DNA of 64,000 nucleotides from positions 37,256-101,255 of the IMG/VR virus record IMGVR_UViG_3300035670_000078; one strand, given 5' to 3'. Origin of the DNA: a virus. Position 1 is the first letter of the stretch. Each line of letters opens with the position of its first letter. The notes beneath the pieces were generated by a model. It saw only the letters and a list, made by a program, of their open reading frames with translations, was not told where the DNA came from and made no database searches. A program made the position numbers and the translations under genes. Positions 1-8,601 of the stretch are shown here, piece after piece.

Positions 1-13
1 AGGAGGCGGGTCC

Positions 14-235
14 GTGTGGAAGCTAGAGGAACTTGGCGTAATCCTAGAGAAGTTGGCCTCGGCCGAAGGTGAAGAACCCGCGATGTCCATGCACCTCAGG
101 GACATCGCTTGCACGTACCTCGCTGCGCTGATCGAGCATCGCAAGCTGTGCCGATTCACCGAGGAGCTTATGAAGAAGCTCGACGAGTTTAAGAAATCCG
201 AATTATTGCAGGGTGATCCTCGTTGTGACGTGTAA
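14..235 (+). CDS. hypothetical protein (73 aa)
   Basis: GTG start preceded by AGGAGG at 1-6; predicted helical; no motif recognised. Confidence 0.55.
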   Translation: MWKLEELGVILEKLASAEGEEPAMSMHLRDIACTYLAALIEHRKLCRFTEELMKKLDEFKKSELLQGDPRCDV

Positions 236-430
236 TCGCAACGCCTGACACCGTAAGGTCGGTCGGGTGCGGATGAACCGTAAAAGCCAGTGGCTGTCCC
301 TGCAGGGGTTCGTTGCCCCCATACACAGCAGCTACTCGCACTACACCGGCGGTCCGGCGTCGTTAGATCCCCTGCTTGAAGGGGGCCGGATACACAAATA
401 AGTAGACGCAAGAGCAATTCTTGCTGTACT
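230..430 (+). ncRNA. candidate structured non-coding RNA
   Basis: Nested stems 230-234/342-346, 267-272/336-341, 290-296/329-335, 305-308/316-319; GUAA-capped hairpin 244-267; stems 353-358/385-390 and 408-413/419-424; intergenic and followed by a terminator. Confidence 0.4.
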
Positions 431-434
431 AATA

Positions 435-477
435 AAGACGCCGCAGAGGTAAAAGACCTGCGGCGTCTTACTTTTTG
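435..477 (+). terminator. intrinsic terminator
   Basis: AAGACGCCGC(AG)AGGT-AAAAG-ACCT-GCGGCGTCTT stem followed by ACTTTTTG. Confidence 0.75.
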
Positions 478-498
478 TGTAAAAACCAAGGTGTGGCG

Positions 499-1872
499 AT
501 GTCATCGAAGCGCGGAGTGTCATTGACTGCTTGCCAACAAGCAGCGCTTGACTTGCTCAAAAGCGGAAAGAACGTGTTTCTGACCGGCGACGCAGGTACA
601 GGAAAGAGTACGTTGCTTGACGCCTGGAAGAGAAAGCTTAATCCGAAGCTCGTCGCTGTTACAGCGAGCACGGGTGTAGCTGCACTTCTTGTTGGCGGTC
701 GCACCGTGCACTCGTTCTTCAATATTGGTAAGGGTGAGGAGGACCTCAAAGACCTTCTCAGGAACCGATCCAATACCAGCCGAAGCGCTCAGGCCATCCG
801 GTCCATAAAGACCCTCGTTATCGACGAGGTCTCGATGATCGGCGCCTCGGTCTTCGATAAGATCGAGGCCATCGCGCGCCATGACCGAAAGTCGGACGAA
901 CCGTGGGGAGGTCTTCAGGTCGTTGTCGTCGGAGACGCTGGTCAGCTGCCTCCGGTCAACGACGACTGGTGCTTCATGTCCGAAGCGTGGAAGCGATCCA
1001 AGTTCTCGCCCGCGCTTCTTCGCACACAGGTGCGCACCGAGGACCGAGCGTTCGCTCAGATCCTCCGAGACGTGCGCAACGGGGACATCACCGACCGCGT
1101 GCGCGAGCTTCTCGTAGCCCACACCAACCCGGAGCCCGACGACTCATGGGTTCGATTGCTGCCGAGACGTGCAGACGTCGACCAGTGGAATAATCGCAAG
1201 CTTCACGCCCTAAGCTCACCCATCCAGAGCTACGCCGCAATCAAAGACGGGCACGAAGGGAGCCTCAAGTCCCTCGAGTCGGCCATGCCCGTCCCGATGA
1301 TGCTTCAGTTGGCCGAGGGGGCTTACGTCATGTTCCGGGTAAATCACCCGGAGGGACTGTGGGCTAACGGCACCACGGGCTACGTCGAGAAGCTCACCCC
1401 CTCGTCGGTGACAATTCGCCTCGCCGACGCGAACGGCAGGAAAAGCGACATCGTCTGCGGCGTCACCCGGCACTCATTTAACCTGAAAGGGTGGGACGGA
1501 AGTGTGCTGGCCGAGATCCGGCAATTTCCCGTGCAGCTAGCGTGGGCGGTGACCATTCACAAGAGCCAGGGCGCTACCCTCGAGAGGGCCGCCGTCGATC
1601 TGGCTGGGCTCTGGGAGCCGGGTCAGGCTTACGTGGCGCTATCCCGTCTCCGCAGGCCGGAAGGGCTCGCTGTACTGCGCTGGACCGAAAGCTCCATCGT
1701 GGCCGACGCTGACGTAAAAGCCCTCTACGCCGTCATCGAGAAGTTGCACGACAAGAGGGCTTCCAAGAAGACTGAGGCTTCTCAGGAAGCCGTGCTGTCT
1801 TTCCCAGCATTCGACGACGCTTTCAAAATTCCTGACCTCGGACTGTCCGTCCGAGTGAAGAACGTCGTCTAG
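499..1872 (+). CDS. PIF1/RecD-like SF1B DNA helicase
   Basis: Walker A GDAGTGKS, ASTG, DEVSMI, GDAGQLPPV, NGTTG, QFPVQLAWAVTIHKSQGATL, GQAYVALSR; ATG at 499 preferred over 475, which lies in the terminator. Confidence 0.92.
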   Translation: MSSKRGVSLTACQQAALDLLKSGKNVFLTGDAGTGKSTLLDAWKRKLNPKLVAVTASTGVAALLVGGRTVHSFFNIGKGEEDLKDLLRNRSNTSRSAQAIRSIKTLVIDEVSMIGASVFDKIEAIARHDRKSDEPWGGLQVVVVGDAGQLPPVNDDWCFMSEAWKRSKFSPALLRTQVRTEDRAFAQILRDVRNGDITDRVRELLVAHTNPEPDDSWVRLLPRRADVDQWNNRKLHALSSPIQSYAAIKDGHEGSLKSLESAMPVPMMLQLAEGAYVMFRVNHPEGLWANGTTGYVEKLTPSSVTIRLADANGRKSDIVCGVTRHSFNLKGWDGSVLAEIRQFPVQLAWAVTIHKSQGATLERAAVDLAGLWEPGQAYVALSRLRRPEGLAVLRWTESSIVADADVKALYAVIEKLHDKRASKKTEASQEAVLSFPAFDDAFKIPDLGLSVRVKNVV

Positions 1873-2627
1873 TGATTTTTCAGCTTAGTGTCGTCGCGTC
1901 CGAACTTAGCGAGGACGCCGGCGGCTTCAGTCTTCTCAACGTCTATGACGTTAGGTAGAGACGGAAGTGCTGGGAGCTTCCCGGCGTCCTTGAGCGAGAG
2001 GAGTGTGGTCATGATGCCGCTGATACGCTCCTCAGGGGTGCGCCCGTCGACAATCTTGACGGTGGCGTCAGCATCACCGAGGAATTTCCTCTCGATGGTC
2101 TGCGCTTTCTCCATCGCCTTCGTCAGCATATCCATGTTGGTCACCGCCCAGGTGATGACCTGCTGCATACGAGACAACGGCACCTCTTCATCGTTCATCA
2201 TCTCTTCGATGAGGGCGTTGATCTTCTTCTGCAGCTTCGGGAATACGGTGCTAAGCTGGAGCATCTGAGAGGCGAACGCGTCGACGGTCACCATGATGGA
2301 CCGCGCCGCCATTCCTTCGATGGCCCTCTGCTGAGCCGCATCATCCTGCGCAGCGTTCAGCATCTCAGCCTGCTTCTGCATCAGCGACTTAGTCGCCTTG
2401 GCTCGAGCAGCTCGAGCGGCAAAGACCTGCCGCTCGAACATATCCTTGATCGCCGGCATCGGCGGATCGGTGGGAATCTCAGAAGGCCATCCGGTAAGCC
2501 ACGCACGCTTGGCAATCGTCGGCACGGTGTTGGCCAAGCGCGCGGCCTGGGAATAATCGTTCTTCCCGATGATACGGAACGCCTTCACCAGCTCATCGTA
2601 GGTTTTGGGGGTGGGGCGCAGTCGCAT
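1869..2627 (-). CDS. hypothetical protein with N-terminal HTH and coiled coil; possible terminase small subunit-like
   Basis: HTH-like YSQAARLANTVPTIAKRAW, long helices, IERKFLGDADATVKI reminiscent of TerS-like proteins; the confidence is for the CDS, and the function is speculative. Confidence 0.6.
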   Translation of the reverse strand: MRLRPTPKTYDELVKAFRIIGKNDYSQAARLANTVPTIAKRAWLTGWPSEIPTDPPMPAIKDMFERQVFAARAARAKATKSLMQKQAEMLNAAQDDAAQQRAIEGMAARSIMVTVDAFASQMLQLSTVFPKLQKKINALIEEMMNDEEVPLSRMQQVITWAVTNMDMLTKAMEKAQTIERKFLGDADATVKIVDGRTPEERISGIMTTLLSLKDAGKLPALPSLPNVIDVEKTEAAGVLAKFGRDDTKLKNH

Positions 2628-2629
2628 AA

Positions 2630-3232
2630 TCAGCTCCAGCGGTTGCTACGGGATTTCTTCGGCTCGTCCTTACGAAGCATCTTCTCGAGGTCGGCCACGC
2701 GCTTGGCAACGTGCTTTCCCTTGAGCGTCTCCATGGCATGACCGACCTTGGCGTAGTACGTCAAGTCAGACTTCACTTCGCCCGGTCTGAGGTCTTGGCA
2801 GCGCTTGAAGCCTTTGTCGATCAGGTCGGGATCGGGCTCCACCTCGATCTTAGGCACAGCCGCACCGAGGCTCGCCACATAGGCGCTGATCTTCCAACGA
2901 GTCAGAGTGATCGAATGGTAGTTCAGGGCGTCCGCGATGACATTGACAGGGTAGCCAAGCTCGGCGAGTGCGAGAGCATGAACCCGCTCCCCATCGTGCG
3001 TACGAAGGTGACCGAAGAACACCGTCCGGCGCTTGATGTGGTCCTTCATGTCGAGGATATTGCGGCACTTATCGACGAGACGCTCGGGGAGCTGCGACTC
3101 GCTTCGATTATGCTGCCTGTGTGTCGGGGCGAACGTGACTTTCTTCGCCTCACCGAGAATCGAGATGACCTCCTCGGTTAGCTCAGGACCGAACACGTCG
3201 ACTGCGATGAGGTAGGACCGCTGCTTTTCCAT
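2630..3232 (-). CDS. hypothetical protein, possible HTH DNA-binding
   Basis: RBS GGAG before ATG; HTH-like LAELGYPVNVIADALNYHSITLTRW. Confidence 0.65.
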   Translation of the reverse strand: MEKQRSYLIAVDVFGPELTEEVISILGEAKKVTFAPTHRQHNRSESQLPERLVDKCRNILDMKDHIKRRTVFFGHLRTHDGERVHALALAELGYPVNVIADALNYHSITLTRWKISAYVASLGAAVPKIEVEPDPDLIDKGFKRCQDLRPGEVKSDLTYYAKVGHAMETLKGKHVAKRVADLEKMLRKDEPKKSRSNRWS

Positions 3233-3246
3233 GAATCACTCCTAAC

Positions 3247-3277
3247 AAAAACGGCCAGCACTGAGGCTGGCCGTTTT
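3247..3277 (-). terminator. intrinsic terminator
   Basis: Inverted repeat AAAACGGCCAGC/GCTGGCCGTTTT with T-run on - strand, downstream of 3301-3780. Confidence 0.7.
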
Positions 3278-3300
3278 CACGCCGGCGGCGAGGTTAAAGC

Positions 3301-3780
3301 TCAGGAGGGCTCGGCGTAGACGCCGTCCTTACCGAACTTACCACCGCGATCCAGCGTCGCAATGAAGGCCGCAACGGCCCCCTTGGGATGCCCGATGCCA
3401 ACAAGCTGCGAACCGAGCTGATCGCGCGTGACCTTGCCCTGAGCACTGAGCGTCTTGAGGACGTCAGCCATCTTGGGGCGATCAGACGACGCGGCAGCGC
3501 TGGCGGCCTTCTGCTCGGCGGTGAGCGGCTTACGGCCGCGCTTCTTCGGCGCCTCGTCAGAAGTTGCGACAACAGCGGCCTCAACGGCCTCGGCCTTGGT
3601 GGCGGGCTTAACAACGCCGGGCTTGCGACCCCGACGCTGCTTCTCCGCAACAACCTCCTGCGGCTGCTGCGAAGCGAACTGGAGGGCGCTCACGACCTGA
3701 GCGATGGAGGTCGTGGGAACGTTCACCTTCCAGTCATTGGTGGAGACGATAGTGAATCCGTTAACGTTCTTGATCTGCAC
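3301..3780 (-). CDS. basic histone-like protein with two AT-hook-like motifs
   Basis: QRRGRKP and KKRGRKP, Ala/Lys-rich linker, wHTH-like C-terminus; strong codon bias; own promoter and terminator. Confidence 0.7.
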   Translation of the reverse strand: MQIKNVNGFTIVSTNDWKVNVPTTSIAQVVSALQFASQQPQEVVAEKQRRGRKPGVVKPATKAEAVEAAVVATSDEAPKKRGRKPLTAEQKAASAAASSDRPKMADVLKTLSAQGKVTRDQLGSQLVGIGHPKGAVAAFIATLDRGGKFGKDGVYAEPS

Positions 3781-3851
3781 AGTGGGTTCCTTCGGCGTGT
3801 AAAAAGCCGTTCTTGGATTAGGTTAAGGCGTTCGCCTTGTTCCTGCTGCGG

Positions 3852-3880
3852 AAAATGCGACTGATAGCGTGTTCAGTCAA
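3852..3880 (-). promoter_or_regulatory. sigma70-like promoter with overlapping palindrome
   Basis: - strand TTGACT-17 nt-CATTTT; inverted repeat GACTGA-N8-TCAGTC at 3859-3878. Confidence 0.45.
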
Positions 3881-3890
3881 TAGAAAATCA

Positions 3891-5456
3891 CTAAAACGAC
3901 ATGCGAATGCCGTCCAAACTTTCTACGAGAGCCGGGTTGTGCGTGATGACAATCACTGGACGGGTCTGCCCGATCCTAGACAATAGATCGCAAGCGGCCT
4001 GCACACCGTCGGTATCGAGGGCGTCAAACGCCTCATCGAAAACCAACGTACCCTTTGAGCGGGACAGGGAGGCCAGGGCGAGGAGCAGGGAAAGATCAAC
4101 GCGACGGCGCTGCCCACCTGACAAAGCCTTGTACCCCTGACCACCGCCGTACCCGTCGATCTGGATCTCGATCTTGTCTTGGATCTTCCCGTTGCCGAGT
4201 TCTGTCTGAGCAGACAGACCGAGCTTCACCCCGGTGCACAACCAGCCAAGGTAGGTGTTGGCAAGCTCCTCAAGAGAGGACAGTGCCTTCGACAAAATAC
4301 GGGAGCGCACACCGCGCACGCCGAGGACCCTAATGGTGTGCTCGAGAACGGTCGCCTCGTCGGTCACGAACTCGAGGTCGAAGTTCAGGACGTTGATAGC
4401 CTCCTGCTCGACCTTGAACTGCTCACGAAGCTCGGCCAGCTTCTTACGGACACTCTCAGTCTGGGCGGACGTGGCCTTGGCGATCGTCGCCTGCAGCTCC
4501 CTCAGGCGCGCGTCTAGCTCCTCGACCTCCTTATTGGCTTCGAGCATCTCCGTGCGGCACTCGTCCTCAATGCGAACGAGCGTGTCTGAGGCTGCCTTGA
4601 GGTCGTCGTCCTGTTTCTTCAACAGGTCAGCAGGGATCGGCTGCTGGCAGGCATAGCAGGTGCCGTTCGTGTGCTTCAGCTTCGCCGTCGAGAGGAGACT
4701 GACCTGAGCCTTCGACTGGCTGATCTTCAGTAGCAGGTCATTATTTCTACGGCTGAGTTCAGTGCGGCGGCTCATCCTCTCAGAGACCTCTGCTTTGACG
4801 GCATCGAGGTCAACGTCGGCGTCGATGCCGCTCTTGGCGAGGATGTCCTTGAGGCTGATCGCCTGATGCTTCAAAGACTCGATCTTCTGCTGCGCGACGG
4901 CGATGTCGGTCCGCACACCGTTCATCCGAACCTGCACAGCCTGAAGCTCCTTCTTCGCATGGCTGGCGGCGTCATCGAAGACGGCGACGCCGATGAGCTT
5001 CTCGAGCAGACGCTTTCGCTCGGCGTCGGTCGCCCCAGAGAAAAGGGCGGCGTCGGAGCTTGAGAAGACATGCGTCCGCCTCCACGTCAGGAGGTCACCG
5101 ATCTCGACTTCGAGAGCGTCTTGTGCTTTGGTGTTCGTCTCGAATACGACCGGCGGCTTGCCGGTGTAGTTCCAGGTGAGCTTCTGGGATCGTTGAGATC
5201 CGCGAGTGACCTCCAGCTTGTCGGTCACGAGTCGGACCTCGCACCTCGTAGTCGTGGGCGCCGCGTCGCGTAGAGTCTTGCCCCAAGCTGCCCATGCAGG
5301 TGCTTCTAGACACCTTACAGTCTTTCCTGTACCATTCTTACCTGTGACGGTAACAATTCCTGTCTCCGGGAACTCAACCGAGGTCTCCGGGAAGTCAGCG
5401 AATCCTCTAAACCAGACCTTTTTTATAAGCATGAACTTTGAATCCTTCTTCGGCAT
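3891..5456 (-). CDS. sbcC: SbcC/Rad50/gp46-like SMC ATPase
   Basis: Walker A GKNGTGKT, coiled coils around CYAC zinc hook, signature LSGGQRRR, Walker B VFDE, ITH; start 5456 or 5432. Confidence 0.92.
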   Translation of the reverse strand: MPKKDSKFMLIKKVWFRGFADFPETSVEFPETGIVTVTGKNGTGKTVRCLEAPAWAAWGKTLRDAAPTTTRCEVRLVTDKLEVTRGSQRSQKLTWNYTGKPPVVFETNTKAQDALEVEIGDLLTWRRTHVFSSSDAALFSGATDAERKRLLEKLIGVAVFDDAASHAKKELQAVQVRMNGVRTDIAVAQQKIESLKHQAISLKDILAKSGIDADVDLDAVKAEVSERMSRRTELSRRNNDLLLKISQSKAQVSLLSTAKLKHTNGTCYACQQPIPADLLKKQDDDLKAASDTLVRIEDECRTEMLEANKEVEELDARLRELQATIAKATSAQTESVRKKLAELREQFKVEQEAINVLNFDLEFVTDEATVLEHTIRVLGVRGVRSRILSKALSSLEELANTYLGWLCTGVKLGLSAQTELGNGKIQDKIEIQIDGYGGGQGYKALSGGQRRRVDLSLLLALASLSRSKGTLVFDEAFDALDTDGVQAACDLLSRIGQTRPVIVITHNPALVESLDGIRMSF

Positions 5457-6267
5457 CAGCCCCGTGCGTGAAGGCCGAGCAACAACTTATACTGTAAATG
5501 TAGCTTTGGCTACAGGAACAGACCCCTACAAAGAGATAGCTGCGCTTAGCGTGAAGCTGCCTCCTTTGCCAAGCATTCCTGCTCAAGCTAAGGCCTGGTC
5601 CGGCGTCGCTCACCTACTTGAGATTTGGCAGCAAGCGGCCAAGTGGACCAACGTTCCAGAGGACAAACGGAAGAAGGCCGAGTGGGTGTGGAAGAACAGC
5701 CTCAAGCGAGAGAACACGCAGGCTGCCATGCTTGAGGCCGTCGAGCAGCTTCACAAGCTAAGGGAGGAGGGCAGCCAGCTCTGTCCCCTTCTATGGGCGT
5801 GGTGGAGAACCAACCAGCTCCTCGAAGAGGGAAAGAGCGGTCTCGAGTTCCTCTCGGTATGGTCGGCGGCCGCACTCAAGTCGCCGAAGGTGCGACGCTG
5901 GTTCTATCAAGAGGTGGACCAGGAGAACATCCTACGTCGTCAAGTGTGGCCGGACTCGGTGTCAACTCTACTTGACATAGTAAAAACATTTGAAGCTGAG
6001 GCTAAAAGACTGTCAGATCAAGCTGCGCATAAGCAACTTTGGTTAGAAAAGTACAGTCAACCTTACAAAGATACGCTTGAGTCAGCTCAGTTCATACAAA
6101 AGTCGGCTCAAAACCGTGTCAATGAGCGTGCTGCGCGGTACGATCTTGGTGTTTGGTTGTCAGCTAATCTTGTTGAGTATCTTGGTCTTGCAGGAACTAG
6201 CTCTAGCGTTGTTCAAAAGAGCTTGCAGTCCAGCACCCGGCTGCGTAAGACATCAAAGCGTCGCTGA
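5431..6267 (+). CDS. hypothetical protein upstream of replicative helicase
   Basis: Trp-rich helical ORF filling the gap before DnaB; start uncertain (ATG 5431 or GTG 5551); 5206 start rejected because it overlaps sbcC. Confidence 0.65.
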   Translation: MNFESFFGISPVREGRATTYTVNVALATGTDPYKEIAALSVKLPPLPSIPAQAKAWSGVAHLLEIWQQAAKWTNVPEDKRKKAEWVWKNSLKRENTQAAMLEAVEQLHKLREEGSQLCPLLWAWWRTNQLLEEGKSGLEFLSVWSAAALKSPKVRRWFYQEVDQENILRRQVWPDSVSTLLDIVKTFEAEAKRLSDQAAHKQLWLEKYSQPYKDTLESAQFIQKSAQNRVNERAARYDLGVWLSANLVEYLGLAGTSSSVVQKSLQSSTRLRKTSKRR

Positions 6268-6293
6268 GCTTCAACCCAGTCAGGAGAGTCTGA

Positions 6294-7673
6294 GTGGACT
6301 CGTATAACTTTCATCCGCAATTCGAGCAGGCGGTTCTTTATTACCTTTGCTCGGAAAAGAAGTTCTTTCATCTGTACCACAAGTACATCCAAGCGGATCT
6401 ACTTCAGACAGAGTCGGCAAAGCTGGCCCTATCGGCCGCCAAGTCCATCTACAAGGACATCTCTGATGCCCCCGGCAGCACCACGATGGTTCTGCAGCGC
6501 GTCAAGAGTAAGGTCATCAGCGGCGACGTCACCGTTGACGCATACAATGAACTGTCGTTCTACCTCGACGACGTGCCGAACATTTCGGACTGGCGGGCGG
6601 TGGGGAGCGAACTGACCCCGACCTTGAAGGAATCGCTCCGTCACGCCGCCGTTCTCAAAGCCATCGAGTCCCGTCAGGGCAAGAAGTCGATGGCCGATAC
6701 TGCTGCTTACATGCAGGAGATCGAGAACATCGGTCAGTACGTCGAGGGCAAAGCGCCCCTGTCATTCGATGACATCGACGGCCGTGACGCCTTTTCCGCC
6801 CTCGAGGAAATGATCGACATCGGCCGTATGCGGACAGGTATCGACGAACTCGACCTGACCCTGGGCGGCGGACCGCCGTGCGGCACGCTCTCGGTATTCG
6901 TTGCTCGCCCCGGCGGCGGTAAGAGCATGTGCCTGTCGCAAATCGGCGCCCATGCGTTTGCGGCTGAGGGCAAGCAGGTAGCGCACGTCACCATTTCCGA
7001 GGTACCCGCCCATATCATCATGGCGCGTGTGCTCGCCCCGATTCTCGGCACCAAGATTTCGGACATCACGCGCGAGCCGCCTGAGGCTCGCAGGCTGTGG
7101 CAGGCTTATAAGCAAAGGGCAGACGCGAACCTCGGCGGCTACAAGACCTTCGAGTTCACGTCAAAGACGCCGGTCAGCCAGATCCGCGCTGAGGTGATGG
7201 GCTTCTACCAGAAGAACTTCAAGTCCAAGCCGGACGTCATCATCTTCGATTATCTCGGCCTGTCTTCGTCGCTCAAGGCACCGAAGGGCGCCAATTCCTA
7301 CACGCAGGGCGAATATATCACCGGCGAGCTGCTCGACTGGGCGCAGTCGGAAAAGGTCTGGATCTTCACCGCCGCGCAGAGCCAGCGCATGAAGGCCAAG
7401 GGTGGCAAGGCGATTATCGGCCTCGATGATATCGCCGACAGCTACCATATCGTCCGCATCGCCGACATCGTCATCACGATCAACACGGACGAGGACGAGC
7501 CCGGAGTTTTTCAGGGCAGCTTCCATTTCGCGAAGAACCGCTTCGGACCGTCGGGCGGAACGACCAGCCGAAATCCCGTCAACTGGGATACCGGCCTCGT
7601 CGCGCCGTCGTCGTTCTTCCAAGCCAAGGCCACCCGTTACTGGGCAGACCAGCAGCCCTACTTCGTGAACTAG
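6294..7673 (+). CDS. dnaB: DnaB/gp41-like replicative helicase
   Basis: Walker A ARPGGGKS, ISE, IIFDYL, TAAQ, IADS, AKNRFG. Confidence 0.9.
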   Translation: MDSYNFHPQFEQAVLYYLCSEKKFFHLYHKYIQADLLQTESAKLALSAAKSIYKDISDAPGSTTMVLQRVKSKVISGDVTVDAYNELSFYLDDVPNISDWRAVGSELTPTLKESLRHAAVLKAIESRQGKKSMADTAAYMQEIENIGQYVEGKAPLSFDDIDGRDAFSALEEMIDIGRMRTGIDELDLTLGGGPPCGTLSVFVARPGGGKSMCLSQIGAHAFAAEGKQVAHVTISEVPAHIIMARVLAPILGTKISDITREPPEARRLWQAYKQRADANLGGYKTFEFTSKTPVSQIRAEVMGFYQKNFKSKPDVIIFDYLGLSSSLKAPKGANSYTQGEYITGELLDWAQSEKVWIFTAAQSQRMKAKGGKAIIGLDDIADSYHIVRIADIVITINTDEDEPGVFQGSFHFAKNRFGPSGGTTSRNPVNWDTGLVAPSSFFQAKATRYWADQQPYFVN

Positions 7674-7674
7674 C

Positions 7675-8568
7675 ATGTCGGGATATATTCGCGGCTCCTC
7701 CGAGGTACTCGAGGCGATCGCGGACATACGCCCCAGCCCATCAGGCTGGATTCGGGCGGTGTGTCCCTATTGCCTCGCGTCTGGACACGAAACCAACAAG
7801 AAGAAGCTCTCGGTCAGCCTTGAGACCGGGTTCTTTCAGTGCTGGCGCGCTGACTGCGGGGCGAAGGGATTTATCGAGGTCGATGAGAGGGCGCTGAAGA
7901 AATACAAGAAGGCACCGACCGAGGAGAAGCCGGACGACGGGCGCGTTCCTCTGCCTGCTGACTTCACCCCGCTGAACACGTTCAGCGATGCGATCTCGCT
8001 CAAGAAGTTCTACGCCTACCTCAAGACACGGTTCGTAAAGGACCAGACGATCGTCGAGGCAAACCTCGGGGCGTGCCTCGTTGGCGAGTACGCCAACAAG
8101 GTCGTCATCCCCGTCTATCATCGGGGAGAGGTGGCTGGGTTCACCTCACGATCAGTGGTGGGCAAGGATTTTATGAACCCACCGAAGTTCAAGCGAACGC
8201 ACTACATGCTCAACGGCGACGCCCTGCTCGAGGAGAGCACCGAGCCCGTGGTCATCGTAGAGGGGCCGTTTGACTGTCTGCGCCACTGGCCCTATGCCGT
8301 CGCCTGCTTTGGCAAGCCGACACACCACCATGAGAAATTGATCCGCGAGGCCAAGCGACCTGTGATAATTGGTCTCGACGCCGACGCCCAGATGGAGGGC
8401 TGGGGCCTCGCTATGAAGCTCGAACTTGAAGGCCGTGACGTCAGGTTCCTGAAAATTCGGCCGGGTACCGATCCGGGCAAAACCCCACACGAAGAATTCA
8501 TGGAATGGGCCTCGACAGCGCCGAGAGCTTCGTCTACTAATCCATCAACGTCTAGCATCCTGAAGTAA
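7675..8568 (+). CDS. DNA primase (Zn ribbon + TOPRIM)
   Basis: CPYC...CWRADC, VVIVEGPFD, GLDADA, DPG. Confidence 0.9.
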   Translation: MSGYIRGSSEVLEAIADIRPSPSGWIRAVCPYCLASGHETNKKKLSVSLETGFFQCWRADCGAKGFIEVDERALKKYKKAPTEEKPDDGRVPLPADFTPLNTFSDAISLKKFYAYLKTRFVKDQTIVEANLGACLVGEYANKVVIPVYHRGEVAGFTSRSVVGKDFMNPPKFKRTHYMLNGDALLEESTEPVVIVEGPFDCLRHWPYAVACFGKPTHHHEKLIREAKRPVIIGLDADAQMEGWGLAMKLELEGRDVRFLKIRPGTDPGKTPHEEFMEWASTAPRASSTNPSTSSILK

Positions 8569-8601
8569 TCAGGATGCAGCCTTCCCACAAAAGGAATAAC
8601 T

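Noticed and set aside
230-430. tRNA, tmRNA or hammerhead identity for the structured region
   Set aside because: No cloverleaf or CCA end, no ANDx..ALAA-type tag frame, no CUGANGA/GAAA core
5206-5430. N-terminal extension of the 353-aa ORF
   Set aside because: Overlaps the Walker A region of sbcC on the opposite strand
8555-8577. GCATCCTGA/TCAGGATGC hairpin as a terminator
   Set aside because: No U-tract on either strand; function cannot be supported
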